The translations under genes and the position numbers were made by a program. Source: an uncultured delta proteobacterium (GTDB lineage Bacteria; Desulfobacterota; Syntrophorhabdia; Syntrophorhabdales; WCHB1-27). From it: DNA of 64,000 nt. This document shows positions 49,911 through 59,793 of this stretch, piece by piece. The notes below the pieces were generated by a model that searched no databases, was not told the DNA's origin, and saw only the letters and a list, made by a program, of their open reading frames with translations. Positions within the stretch are counted from its first letter, which is position 1. Every line of letters starts with the position of its first letter. The stretch lies in contig CAWEPK010000016.1 in assembly GCA_963810935.1 (NCBI GenBank), positions 128,001-192,000 of the forward strand, written 5' to 3'.

Positions 49911-51017
49911 TTACGGCCCGTGTGCCTCAGGGGGCGCGCCTGCCGACATGCGGTCCTCATACCGGGCGAGCCGCCTGAAGGCGTCGATCTTTTCCCTGTC
50001 CTTGACCCGCGCGCGGTCGAGGCATCCCTTCAGGAATTCGATCGAGCGGTCGTACGTCTTCCGGTCGACGGGGAAAGGATGGCCGTCCTTCCCTCCGTGG
50101 GCGAAGCTGAACCGGGCGGGGTCGGTGAAGCTGGGGGGCGCGTCGTAAACGATCTCGGATACCAGGCTGAGGGCGGCGACCGTCCGCGGGCCTACTCCGC
50201 GTATCTCCAGCAGGTCAATGTACGCTTCCGGCCTCGACTCGTGGAGCGTCCGGAAGACCTTGCGCAGCCGCCCGGCGTCAACGTCCCCCGGTGTAATATA
50301 GTGCCGCTCGGGCATGGCCAGGCAGACGTCTTTCCATATCTCCGCCATCTTGTCGGGGCCCTCGCGCGTGAACTCGACCGTCGCCATGCGCGCGGGTGCG
50401 CTCTCGCTCGCAACGAGATTGAGGCTTATCTCCGTCTTGTCGCAGGTTATCCCCGTATGGGGCTCGCAGGTAACGTCGAGGTCTTCCCGCGACAGCCACT
50501 GGTACCGCCTGGCCGTCCTCTCGTCGCCGTTCATCCCCTGCTGGACCACCGCCCAGTCGCCCTCCCGCGAGCAGACGAGCACGTGGTGGTACAGGTCGTA
50601 GCCGTCCTGGATGAGGCTGTTATCGACTTTGGCGCAAAGGCGGCTCATCCTTACGAACTCCGACATGTCCATGTCCCATCTCGCCCCCACGCCTTCCAGC
50701 TCCTGGGGCGTCCGGAGCGCCGTCTTGCCCTTTCCGCCGCATATGGCGACGGGCAAGTCTTCCCCCGACCCCGCCAGCCCTTCCTTCAATGCCCCGCACA
50801 GGGTCGTCGTCAACCCGCTGGAATGCCAGTCGAACCCCACCACGCAGCCCAGGGCCTGGAACCAGACAGGATCGGCCATGCGCCTTATCAGCTCACCCGG
50901 TCCGAACTCTATAACGATAAGCGAGGCTATGGCAGACGATAACTGCCTCATCCTCTCAAACAGCCATCCCGGCGCCTTGCCGTAGTGCAAGGGTAGGGAC
51001 GTAACGCTTCTTCTCAT
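49911..51017 (-). CDS. DUF763 domain protein
   Basis: LPLHYGKAP, DWHSSG, KVD, QDGY.LYHH, VQQGM, FSFAHGGKDGHP. Confidence 0.92.
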   Translation of the reverse strand: MRRSVTSLPLHYGKAPGWLFERMRQLSSAIASLIVIEFGPGELIRRMADPVWFQALGCVVGFDWHSSGLTTTLCGALKEGLAGSGEDLPVAICGGKGKTALRTPQELEGVGARWDMDMSEFVRMSRLCAKVDNSLIQDGYDLYHHVLVCSREGDWAVVQQGMNGDERTARRYQWLSREDLDVTCEPHTGITCDKTEISLNLVASESAPARMATVEFTREGPDKMAEIWKDVCLAMPERHYITPGDVDAGRLRKVFRTLHESRPEAYIDLLEIRGVGPRTVAALSLVSEIVYDAPPSFTDPARFSFAHGGKDGHPFPVDRKTYDRSIEFLKGCLDRARVKDREKIDAFRRLARYEDRMSAGAPPEAHGP

Positions 51018-51271
51018 CCCTTCACAAGATATACCGTGTCGTTTTCATGGACCTTTTCTTTCACCTTGATCCCGACCTCATCGCCGACGCCGACTTTCTG
51101 GACTATCGCGTGCTCCACCTGCATGGAGTCGATCGTCTGCTCGAAGTCGGTCGTATGGCCCTTGATCTTGATCGTGTCTCCCGTTTTCAGCTCACCGGCC
51201 GTTATCCGTATTGCGGCAACGCCGATTTTCCCGAAATACTTTTCCACTTTTCCCGTGAGTATCTCTTCCAT
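51014..51271 (-). CDS. Small translation-elongation-factor domain-II-like beta-barrel protein
   Basis: GKVEKYFGKIGVA, GDTIKIKGHTTDF, SMQ, GIKVKEKV. Confidence 0.85.
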   Translation of the reverse strand: MEEILTGKVEKYFGKIGVAAIRITAGELKTGDTIKIKGHTTDFEQTIDSMQVEHAIVQKVGVGDEVGIKVKEKVHENDTVYLVKG

Positions 51272-51389
51272 AGTCGGCCCCCCGTTATTTTTCCTAATAA
51301 TTTATCACCCTTCTATAAGAAGGGCAAACGCTATTGCAGTAACGGCCTAACAACTAGGCGATAGCAATAACGCGAAGGAGTAAGAGAAG

Positions 51390-51670
51390 ATGAAGACGAC
51401 AATTATGTCGAAAGACGGCGGCCCCAAGGTGGTTAATCTGAGCCGCCGAGCAGGTATACATGAAAGATGTATTAACTGCCGGGGCTGGTAGACACGAGAG
51501 GTTGCCCGATGCGAAGAATAGGACTGTCCGTGATACCCTTATAGGGCGGGCATGGGTAAACAGAACGCGCAGGACAGATCAAAGGCCATTAAGGAGTACT
51601 GCAAATGGTGCACAAATGGCAAAATAGCTGCGTGTGGTACCGCCGTGTCCTCTTTATGGCTTTGTGAAAG
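51390..51670 (+). pseudogene. Pseudogene of a phage-like protein with two Cys-rich (CxxC...C...CP.Y) repeats
   Basis: MKTTIMSKDGGPKVVNLSRRAGIHERCINCRGW*TREVARCEE*DCP*YPYR..AIKEYCKWC..; in-frame stops at 51489, 51519 and 51531; the second CPLYGF lies out of frame. Confidence 0.6.
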
Positions 51671-51810
51671 GGGGGGGCGCACAAAGGCGACTCAAAATAC
51701 CCTACCATTAGCCGCAAAACGACATATAGGGACTGATTTGACACGGAAGAAGGAGGGGCCGTACAAATACCCATACCCAAGCCAGCCGCATAGGCAGGGA
51801 GGCATAGACA

Positions 51811-52364
51811 AAGGCAATCGGGTACGCGCGCCTATCACCTGAAGAAGGGTTCAGACCCCAGATCAGTATCAACCGCCAAGAAACGAAGATACGGACCTAT
51901 GCCATAGTGAACGAGCTTGCCCTGACAGATGTACTGAAGGACACGGGTACGAGCGGCAAAACCCTCAACCGGCCAGGCTGCATTGCCTGATCGATAGAGT
52001 TACCCGTCAGGAGATTGGGGCGGTCATCGTGTGCACCCTGGACGGACTATCGAGAAACGCATGGGACGTGATCAACCTGATAAAGCTCATAGACGAGAAC
52101 GGGGTTGAGTTTCACTCCATTGCAGAAGGCATAGACACGGGCGGGGCAATAGGCAAGTACCTTTTGCGGTTTGTGAACGTGCTCCACGCCATACTCCACC
52201 GTACCGAGCTATTTGAAATAAACGGGCTGAAGACAGACAGGGCAGAGGTGGAGAAGATCGTAGCAGAGCTACACGATATGGGCCACAGCCCAAGTACATA
52301 TGCCGGGAGCTTGAACGGCAGGGTTACAAGCCAAGAGGCAAGACATGGACGCCAGGAGCGATAG
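51811..52364 (+). pseudogene. Serine recombinase (resolvase family) pseudogene
   Basis: KAIGYARLS (51811-51837), DTGTSGKTLNRPG, VIVCTLDGLSRN, GVEFHSIAEGIDT; frames disrupted, no intact start codon. Confidence 0.8.
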
Positions 52365-52546
52365 TCCGCATAGTCAGAGCCATGCGAGCAAGATCGAAAG
52401 TTTGATAAGCTTGTTAGTGAGCGCTGGCTGTGAATTTCCTTGACACCCGGTGCAAATGTGGGTAAAAAAGGAAAACGTTTCGTTGTGGAAGGACAAAAAG
52501 GCGGAGGAGCGCGGATTCGAACAAACTTTAACAAGGAGAGCAGGGT

Positions 52547-52981
52547 ATGAAAGCTTTGTGGATGCTTGTTATTCCTATCAGTGTTGTTGTCCTTTTCGGT
52601 TGTGGGAAGTCTCAGCCAGCTTGTGGAGACCAATCGACAATTGACCTGGTTAAGAAAACGTGTCAAGACGGGTTGCAGCAGGACATTGCGAGCATAGGGA
52701 GAGATAAGGCGGCAGCGGATACGATTCTAAACGCGTTTCAATTCGTGGTTAGTTCTGTAAGGACTGCTGGTCGTGACGATAAGGTGGGTAAGCTGACCTG
52801 CGAAGCTGTTCTTGAAGTGAAGCTTCCAGAGGTATTAATAAAAGCTAGTGATACTCCTTTTTTCAAGAATGGAATAGCAAATGCTTCGAAGGGAAGCGCA
52901 AGGGTCAATGGGAGTGTTATTCAAAGCGACATTCAGTATACCTCGCAGTTGAGCGACGATAAGAAACAACGAGCTAGTTGA
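52547..52981 (+). CDS. Hypothetical lipoprotein, possibly truncated by a frameshift
   Basis: AAGGAG RBS, lipobox LFGC. Confidence 0.65.
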   Translation: MKALWMLVIPISVVVLFGCGKSQPACGDQSTIDLVKKTCQDGLQQDIASIGRDKAAADTILNAFQFVVSSVRTAGRDDKVGKLTCEAVLEVKLPEVLIKASDTPFFKNGIANASKGSARVNGSVIQSDIQYTSQLSDDKKQRAS

Positions 52982-53217
52982 GGTGCGAGGGGCCAAGCCC
53001 TTGATTGATACTCTCGCCGGCGTAGGGGTGGGGTATGTCGATATGATGGAAGCAGCCAAGGCTCAACAACAAGCGGGTGTTGAGCAAAATCCTGCCGGAG
53101 ACTCTGGTCGGTCTACTGCACCGGATAATCAGGCGACAAGTAAGTAAGGAACGTAGCGGGGCCTTTGTTGTAAGAGAAGGGGGACTTACTGTGGGTGAAA
53201 ATATAGGCGAAACGATA

Positions 53218-53634
53218 ATGCCGCTCACTATCGAAGAGGTCAAAGAGATATTCATGTCGGAATACGCTTTCCTGGCTGATCGATTGAAGTTTCGTGAACT
53301 TACCTTGAAAGAAGCTGCGGACAAAAAGACGAAGAATGATACCGAAGTAAATTCGCCGGGTGTCTACGTGTTTTGGGCGACTACGTGCCCACGTGGTGTT
53401 GTTAAGGTAGGCAGGTCACTGGTAAATTCCCGCCGCAGGGCGATGGAACATATTGGGGATAATACGAAACGAAAAGATGGAACTTATGGAATGAAAAAGC
53501 TGACGCAAGAGCCGGGCGCGAAGCTGTTGCTGTTTAACATACGGGACAAGGAAAATGCACATTGGCTACTGGGACTTGAGTATTTCTTGGAAAAGCGGCT
53601 GAAGCCATACATCCGTTCTGATAGGAATGGTTAG
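53218..53634 (+). CDS. Hypothetical protein with a GIY-YIG-like motif
   Basis: PGVYVF...VKVGRS...RRRAMEH...LE spacing resembles GIY-YIG nucleases; start uncertain. Confidence 0.5.
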   Translation: MPLTIEEVKEIFMSEYAFLADRLKFRELTLKEAADKKTKNDTEVNSPGVYVFWATTCPRGVVKVGRSLVNSRRRAMEHIGDNTKRKDGTYGMKKLTQEPGAKLLLFNIRDKENAHWLLGLEYFLEKRLKPYIRSDRNG

Positions 53635-53664
53635 GGCAACAAGCTCTGCAAGGAGGGTAGGTAT

Positions 53665-53880
53665 ATGAGGAAGCTGATCGTCATTGTGGCCTCGCTTTTT
53701 CTTTTAGGAAACGCCTCGATAGCTTTCAGTCAAAGCGCAATTGTCAAGGAATATAAGGCAACGGTGAGCGGCACTTTGGAATATGCTCGTATGCAATACT
53801 TCTTGAACGTCAAGAAGGGGGGGTCTACTGCATATTCTACGATGAGAAGAACCAAGAGGACCAACTACAGAGTCTCGTAG
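53665..53880 (+). CDS. Small secreted hypothetical protein, probably frameshifted
   Basis: AGGAGG RBS and signal peptide (AFS-Q). Confidence 0.45.
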   Translation: MRKLIVIVASLFLLGNASIAFSQSAIVKEYKATVSGTLEYARMQYFLNVKKGGSTAYSTMRRTKRTNYRVS

Positions 53881-54258
53881 GTAAAACGGTTAAGCTAACC
53901 GGCAAGGTGAAGGTTTTCAAAGATGGGGACAAATGCATCGATGTGACAGCTACAAAGTGACAGTAAAAAGTTCGGTATAAATATTCAATAAGAAGCTCGG
54001 GCACACAAAACCAACTTCAGTTGATAAAGCTACATCCACGTTGGTTTTCACTGGCAAGCCTACGGAGCTTCACTCCGCCCGTGAGCAACGGGTATTCTTA
54101 CATCCCAGCCCCCGGAAGGGTTGCAGAATGTGGTTGCCCCCGGCAGGAAGCCGTAACCCCATGTGCGCCTCATCACCCATCGAAAAGCACCTTCTGACTT
54201 CGGGTATACTAGTCTATAAGGGACGATACGGGCGGGCATAATAAAGTAAGTAGGTCTA

Positions 54259-54287
54259 TTGAAAGAGGCGGGGATTCGGCATACAAT
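54259..54287 (+). promoter_or_regulatory. Sigma-70 promoter upstream of the corrinoid activator gene
   Basis: TTGAAA, 17-nt spacer, TACAAT. Confidence 0.6.
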
Positions 54288-54361
54288 GAGGTGCTTGTAC
54301 GGAATTCGGTGCTAAGACGCCCGGAAAACGGACGAGTTGGAGGCATGGGAAAGCGGCTGCG

Positions 54362-56232
54362 ATGAAAAGAGACCTTCCCACGGAGGATAACGGGCTCGCA
54401 GAGGTGACCGTCGAGCCGGGAGGCAGGGTAATCCGCGTGCGGCGCGGCACGACGTTGGCTGCCGCCGCCGGGCTGGCCGGCCTCGAGGTAGAGCTGCCGT
54501 GCGGAGGCAAGGGCAGGTGCTACAGGTGTGCCGCAGACGCGGAAGGAGAGCTGAGCGCCCTGTCGGCAGTCGAGAAATCGGCCATACGGCGCGGCTTGCT
54601 CCAACCCGGCCGGCGCCTGATGTGCCGGGCGAAGGTGCTGGGCAAGACAACGGTCCGCGTCCCCGAGACGGCCCTTTCGATATCCGCGCAGATCATGGAA
54701 GAGGGTTACGGCGCCGTTGCCTGCGAGCTCGATCCCGGCGTAAGGCGCATCCTCCTCGATCTTGCGCCTCCCGGTGCGGAAGACCAGGCGCCGGACAGGG
54801 AGCGCCTGGAGCGCGCGCTATCGAAGGCCGGCGTGGCGAGGCCCGTGTTCGGGTTGCCCGTCCTGCGCAACCTCGCCGAATACGCTTAGGGATGCTCGTT
54901 CAAATGCGCGGTCACTCTTATAGGCGACGAGGTCGTCGATGTGCGGTCGCAGCCGGGCGGCGGCCTTCTCGGCATGGCCTTCGATATCGGGACGACCACC
55001 GTGGTAGGTTACCTCATCGACCTGACGTCCGGCCGCGAGCTGGCCGTTGCTTCGGCCTTGAATCCGCAGGTCCGCCACGGCTTCGACGTCATATCGCGTA
55101 TAGTTTACGGCATCGAGGAACCTGACGGTGTCGAGACGCTGAGCAGGCTCATCAGGGACCTGATTGGCCGCCTTATAGGCGAGGCGTGCACCCGCGCAGG
55201 GGTAAGCAGCAGCGACGTGTACGAGATCTGCGTTGCAGGCAATACCACGATGACGCACCTTTTCCTGGGGATCGACCCGCACTATCTCGGCCTTGCGCCG
55301 TATGTTCCGGTGACCAGCGAGGCGGTCGAGGTGAAGGCCGGGACGCTGGGGCTTCCCATGCACCCCGGGGGTAGCGTATACGTCCTGCCCGGCATCGGCG
55401 GATTTATCGGCGCCGACACGACCGGAGTGATCGTTTCTACGCGATTCGAAGACGACCGGGGAGCCGGCCTTGCGATCGATATAGGCACGAACGGAGAAGT
55501 GGTCGGCCGGGACAAGTTCGGCCGTCTCTTCGCCCTTTCTACAGCCGCAGGACCTGCCTTCGAAGGTTCCAGGATATCGGGCGGCCTCCGGGGCATGAAA
55601 GGGGCTATTGAGGGGATGAGCGCATCGGGGTCGGAGCTTTCGGTCAGGACCATAGGAGGGGCCGATGCGGTAGGCATATGCGGCTCTGGACTGGTCGATG
55701 CGCTGGCGGTGATGCGCAATGCCGACGTGCTGGATGAGACAGGCCGGCTGGTCGGTCATGATGAAAAATCGCCAGTGGAGGGACTCGGCCGGCGCGTTGT
55801 CCGCGGTCTGTCCGGCCCAGAGTTCGTGATTGTCGAAGGCGGACGGAACGGCGTGCATGTCGCTGTCACCCAGAAAGACATAAGGGAGCTGCAACTGGCC
55901 AAGGGCGCCATAACAGCGGGGATCAAGATCATGCTTGCCAGGATGGGCGTCAACGAGGCCGACCTTAAGGAAGTGCTCCTTGCCGGGGCGTTCGGCAATT
56001 ACATCGACAAGGCCAACGCCCGCTCTATAGGCCTGCTGCCGAACGTTTCTCTCGATTTGATCAAGCCCGTCGGCAACGCCGCGGGCGTTGGCGCCAAGCA
56101 CGCCCTTCTATCGAAGAAGGTGCGGGACCGGGCGCAGTTGCGATGGCCCGGCGTGTAAAAGTTATAAATCTTTCCTATACGCATGAATTCCAGAAAAGCT
56201 TCCTGGAAGGCATGTCCCTGAAAGAAACATAG
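54362..56232 (+). CDS. ASKHA-domain ATP-dependent corrinoid reductive activator (RACo/AcsV family) with N-terminal [2Fe-2S]; disrupted near 54873-54890 and near 56135
   Basis: PCGGKGRCYRC...RLMC; FDIGTTT, NPQ, GNTTMTHL, GFIGAD, IDIGTNGE, AAGPAFEG, GICGSG, TQKDIRELQLAKGA, AGAFG. A family-like C-terminus (VINLS...FQKSFLEGM) lies in a shifted frame ending at TAG 56230-56232. Confidence 0.88.
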
Positions 56233-56463
56233 CCGAAAAGCCTGCGCGCCGGTGCTTCCGCTGCCGCGAGATGAATAACCTCCCCGGTCGCTTTTCAATA
56301 GGTTTAAGTTTTGTGAATATAGGTGATGAAGAGGTGGCGGGTCGTCTTGCGGGGTATGGGCGGGGCGTGCCGGGGAGGCATCAAAAATCTACGATGTGAG
56401 CCATGCGATCTATGGCGTAGGTGCTTTGTCTTTTTATATCGGCTGACCGATCGGACTTAGGGA

Positions 56464-57571
56464 TTATTCCAGCACGTCTTTACGCAGCAGCTCGCGCAGT
56501 GGTGACTCTTGTTGCCCGATTGTAAGGAATCGACGCTTCTGCGGTGCGCGGCGGTGTTCTTCGGCTCTGTCAGCGCCGTCCGACCTGTATATTATCTTCG
56601 AGCCTTCGTTCTCGAGCCTGAATGCGACTTCCGTGAAGTCCGTTTAGCGCCTCTCTGATCTTTTGTTTGTTCTCGGGGGCCGTCAGGAAGAAAAAGAAGG
56701 CGCTTCCGTCTGTCCCGGTCAGCTTTCCTCCGTATGCGCCTGCGCCGGTTGCGGCACTGTATATCTCATCGGCATACGAGCCGGCGGTCCGCGGGTTGAG
56801 AGATTTCTTCAGGGACCACGTCTCGTGAAGAAGGCTTCCGAGGGCTTTTGCCATTTCCTGCGGGCTTTCGTCGGAAATGATCGTCTCGGCCTCGGAAACG
56901 ATCCGGGAAGAACGGTGCGCGGTTCTATCGTTGCGCCGTTCTTTTACGGTTCGGTACTGCTCGCCCGCAGCTTCTCCGCCGCAGCGGGTAGGGCCGGCGT
57001 AAAAACCGATGAGGCTATCGTTGAGGTACTCATGCTTTTCTCTCGATATCGCCACCGAACGAACGAAGGTGCCTGACCGCTGGAACTCGATAGTATTCAA
57101 TCCGCCAAAAGCGCATATGAACTGGTCGCTGCATCCGGTGCCTTCTTTTGCAAGCCGCTGTTCTATGTGGACCGCTTCCTCGGCCAGTTGCTGTTTCGGG
57201 ATATTTTTCCCTTCCAGTCCATAGAGCGCGTTGAGGAGCCCCACGGTAAAGGATGCCGGAGAGCCCAGGCCCATCCCGGCCGGGGGATCGGCGAATATAT
57301 GGATGTCGAGGTTGGTGTGGCCGTCCTTGAACTTCAGTGTCTCTCTCACGCCGGGGTGGGCGATCTCTTCGACGCTGCCGATCAGCTCGGCCTCCGAATA
57401 CCCCAGCCTTATCCGGTATTCAAAGAACTTGCTCAGCCTGTTGACGCTCACGTAAGTGAACTTGTTTATGGTCGCGCCCATCATCGCCCTGCCTTCTTTT
57501 TCGAGGCTTTCCCCATAATGGACCGCGCCGTCAAAAAACGTCAGGGTCACGGGCGTCCTTGTTATTATCAT
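56464..57571 (-). CDS. GHMP kinase family protein (HddA heptose-7-phosphate kinase-like), degenerate motifs, frameshift near 56637
   Basis: MIITRTP, GMGLGSPASF, DQFICAFGG, GAYGGKL; the shifted frame gives EVAFRLENEGSKIIY. Confidence 0.75.
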
Positions 57572-58061
57572 TCGCTGTCCCTTTCTTGTTTTTACGATTT
57601 TGTGTTCCCCGCCCGGCCATAGTGAAATTGAAGGGCGGAAGTATGGAGGGGCTGGATGCGCCGGAAACCCCCTGGCGTCCGCAGACTATACGCCGCATCC
57701 AGCCCAGGTCAGCAATTATCGGGGTTTAAGCTTCGGTCGCCGGGCCGCAGGCCCCCCTTAAAGAAACGGCCGGAGAGAGTGGGGGCGCCGGACGCGAAAA
57801 GGAGCGGGCACCGGAACTGGCGAACCCGGCCCTTTCACGTCCGGCTTTCTGCGGGGATAGTGGGGCGGTTTGAGGGGGATGTGAAACGTCAATACCGCGA
57901 AGGAGTTGCGGTTGACGTGGGTGCCGATCTCGCAGAATGTAGTGTATATTGCTTCCCGTGAAGCCAAACAAGCCTCCGAAGCGGCCGGGCCGGCCGCCGT
58001 CAACTCCGGCCGGCCCGGTAACATGATGGGGGAGGGTGACGATGGATATTTCATCCTGACT

Positions 58062-58268
58062 TTATTCTCTGGTAGGCTTCAGGCCGTCGATGAGCTTTGT
58101 GATGGACCCCCGGTAAATCCGTAAGGAGCCCCTCACTTTGATCCCGGTGATCGATCCCTGCCGGTACCATCGGTACACGGTTTTCAGGGAAACACTCAGG
58201 AATACTGCCACATCGCGCGGTCTGAGCAAGGTCTTGTCGGGCAGGTCCTGGAACTTCTCGGTATCCAT
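58062..58268 (-). CDS. Small excisionase-like helix-turn-helix protein
   Basis: GGAGG RBS; LLRPRDVAVFLSVSLKTVYRW...GSLRI. Confidence 0.85.
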   Translation of the reverse strand: MDTEKFQDLPDKTLLRPRDVAVFLSVSLKTVYRWYRQGSITGIKVRGSLRIYRGSITKLIDGLKPTRE

Positions 58269-58326
58269 TGTACCTCCTTGAGGCTCTGACATCCGCCTGC
58301 AAATAGGAACGATAGGCAGGAGGCCA

Positions 58327-58767
58327 TCATCGGACGGGCGGGGCTGCCTCGCGCCCGGCGGACTTGATCAGGAGCAGAAGGTTTGCCGGGTCGAAAGGCT
58401 TGGCCAGAAAGGCATAAGCGCCCTTACGAATCGCGTCCTCTCGCGTCTCTTCGCTGGATGTACCACTCATCATGATGATAGCCGTGTCGCGATTCTCCTT
58501 CTTGATGGCCTCCAGGACACCCAGACCGTCCAGATCGTCCCCGAGGCACAAATCGAGCACTACGATGTTAAATGGAACCTGACCGAACTTATCGATCGCT
58601 TCCCGGCCGCTCGACGCCAATGTCGAGCGCAGGCCATTGGCGCTAAGCCATGAGGAAAGCAGGCCGAGGATAGCCTCATCGTCATCTACGAGGAGTATCG
58701 ACGGGTCCTCGCGCTCGTTCTCACGACCCCGGAACAGACGACCTGTTTGTGTTTTTCCCTGTTTCAT
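58327..58767 (-). CDS. Single-domain response regulator
   Basis: LLVDDDE, VVLD, MMSG, AKPF. Confidence 0.9.
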   Translation of the reverse strand: MKQGKTQTGRLFRGRENEREDPSILLVDDDEAILGLLSSWLSANGLRSTLASSGREAIDKFGQVPFNIVVLDLCLGDDLDGLGVLEAIKKENRDTAIIMMSGTSSEETREDAIRKGAYAFLAKPFDPANLLLLIKSAGREAAPPVR

Positions 58768-58771
58768 ACAG

Positions 58772-58847
58772 TTATTGGGGCTTAAGCGCCCCCTCCATGG
58801 GCGAAGCCCGTCGGGGCGCCCGCTTTGCGGGTCGTCCCCTCTCGGCG
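58772..58847 (-). repeat. REP-like element, inverted copy of 59501-59575
   Basis: TTATTGGGGCTTAAGCGCCCCCTCCATGGGCGAAGCCCGTCGGGGCGCCCGCTTTGCGGGTCGTCC is nearly the reverse complement of 59511-59575. Confidence 0.85.
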
Positions 58848-59015
58848 CTTCGCATCAGGGCTGCGGACAAAAAGCTTGCCCGTCGGGTTGCCGCCGTATG
58901 AAGGCGGTCCTCAAAAGACGGCCGAAGAACAACCAACGCGCGCCCGGCGGATGGATAGGCTACCGCCCTTGAAGAAAGCACATGTATCCCTGAACCACGT
59001 GTCGATCCAGGAGTG

Positions 59016-59222
59016 CTATCTGTCGGGTCCGGCGCCGTCCAATAAGGTCAGAATCGAGCCCCGGCTTATCCTCAGGGATTTGTTTATCCTTATCCCCTCG
59101 ATAAGACCGAGATCGAACCAACGGTAAACAGTCCGTTCCGATACGCGTAAGAAAGAAGCGACTTCACTCGGCCTAAGCATTGTCCTTAGCGGTAACTCTG
59201 TTCGTACAGTCGGCTCATTCAT
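59016..59222 (-). CDS. Small excisionase-like helix-turn-helix protein (paralog of 58062..58268)
   Basis: MLRPSEVASFLRVSERTVYRW...SLRISRGSI. Confidence 0.85.
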   Translation of the reverse strand: MNEPTVRTELPLRTMLRPSEVASFLRVSERTVYRWFDLGLIEGIRINKSLRISRGSILTLLDGAGPDR

Positions 59223-59500
59223 AGCGTCCCATTTCCCTTACCCTTGATCCGGTGACAGCCGGATTTGCGTATAATATCATTCGTGAAAATCGCGAGTCTA
59301 AGACATGTGACCTGAATGTCGCCGGTGTCTGAAAACATTATGTAGATACCGGGGAAATACGGGATACGCAGGGGAGGGACGAATGTTGTCGTCTGTTTCA
59401 GTGTGTCCCGGCTAAAGCAATCATGTGCCTGGAAAGGTATGGTGAAGCAACGTGCATCACAGACGGGTACGGCGGAATGTCAAAGCGAGTGTATGAGCAG

Positions 59501-59782
59501 CGACGAGGGCGGACGACCCGCAAAGCGGGCGCCCCGACGGGCTTTGCCCGTGGAGGGGGCGCTGAGCCCCAATAATTGCCGCTGCACCTCAGCGGCAATA
59601 AAGCAAGCGCAGCGCCGCGCCGAGCGGGGAGGCTCCATGCGGCTGATGCCGCTGGAGGGGCGCTGAGCCCCAATAATTGCCGCTGCACCTCAGCGGCAAT
59701 AAAGCAAGCGAAGCGCCGCGCCGAGCGGGGAGGCTCCATGCGGCTGATGCCGCTGGAGGGGGCGCTGAGCCCCAATAATTGC
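59501..59782 (+). repeat. REP-like element plus a ~101-102-bp tandem repeat (2 full units and a partial third)
   Basis: TGGAGGGG(G)CGCTGAGCCCCAATAATTGC at 59551, 59653 and 59754 with near-identical intervening sequence; internal palindrome ATTGCCGCTG-CACCT-CAGCGGCAAT. Confidence 0.92.
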
Positions 59783-59793
59783 TTGAACCCCAA

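Noticed and set aside
51397..51411. CGACAATTATGTCGA identical to 32236-32250
   Set aside because: Lies inside a pseudogene coding start with no associated promoter; it cannot be distinguished from coincidence without a genome-wide scan.
51489..51533. Stop-codon recoding (TAG, TAG, TGA) in the Cys-rich ORF
   Set aside because: Mixed stop types, an additional frameshift and a neighbouring broken recombinase indicate ordinary pseudogene decay; the TGA falls at a Leu-like position (CP*YP), not a Cys.
54040..54360. Cobalamin riboswitch, 6S RNA or tRNA-Sec upstream of the corrinoid activator
   Set aside because: No B12-box, 6S or tRNA cloverleaf features could be matched by eye.
54887..54889. Pyrrolysine read-through of the in-frame TAG in the corrinoid activator
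   Set aside because: The adjacent alternative frame restores the family-like LPxxLR sequence, no pyl genes are in the window, and indels are frequent here.
57600..58060. Short overlapping ORFs between the kinase and HTH genes
   Set aside because: No motifs, RBS or consistent coding signal; treated as intergenic.
59551..59782. CRISPR array
   Set aside because: The would-be spacers are near-identical and about 73 nt long, and no cas genes are present; this is a tandem repeat.
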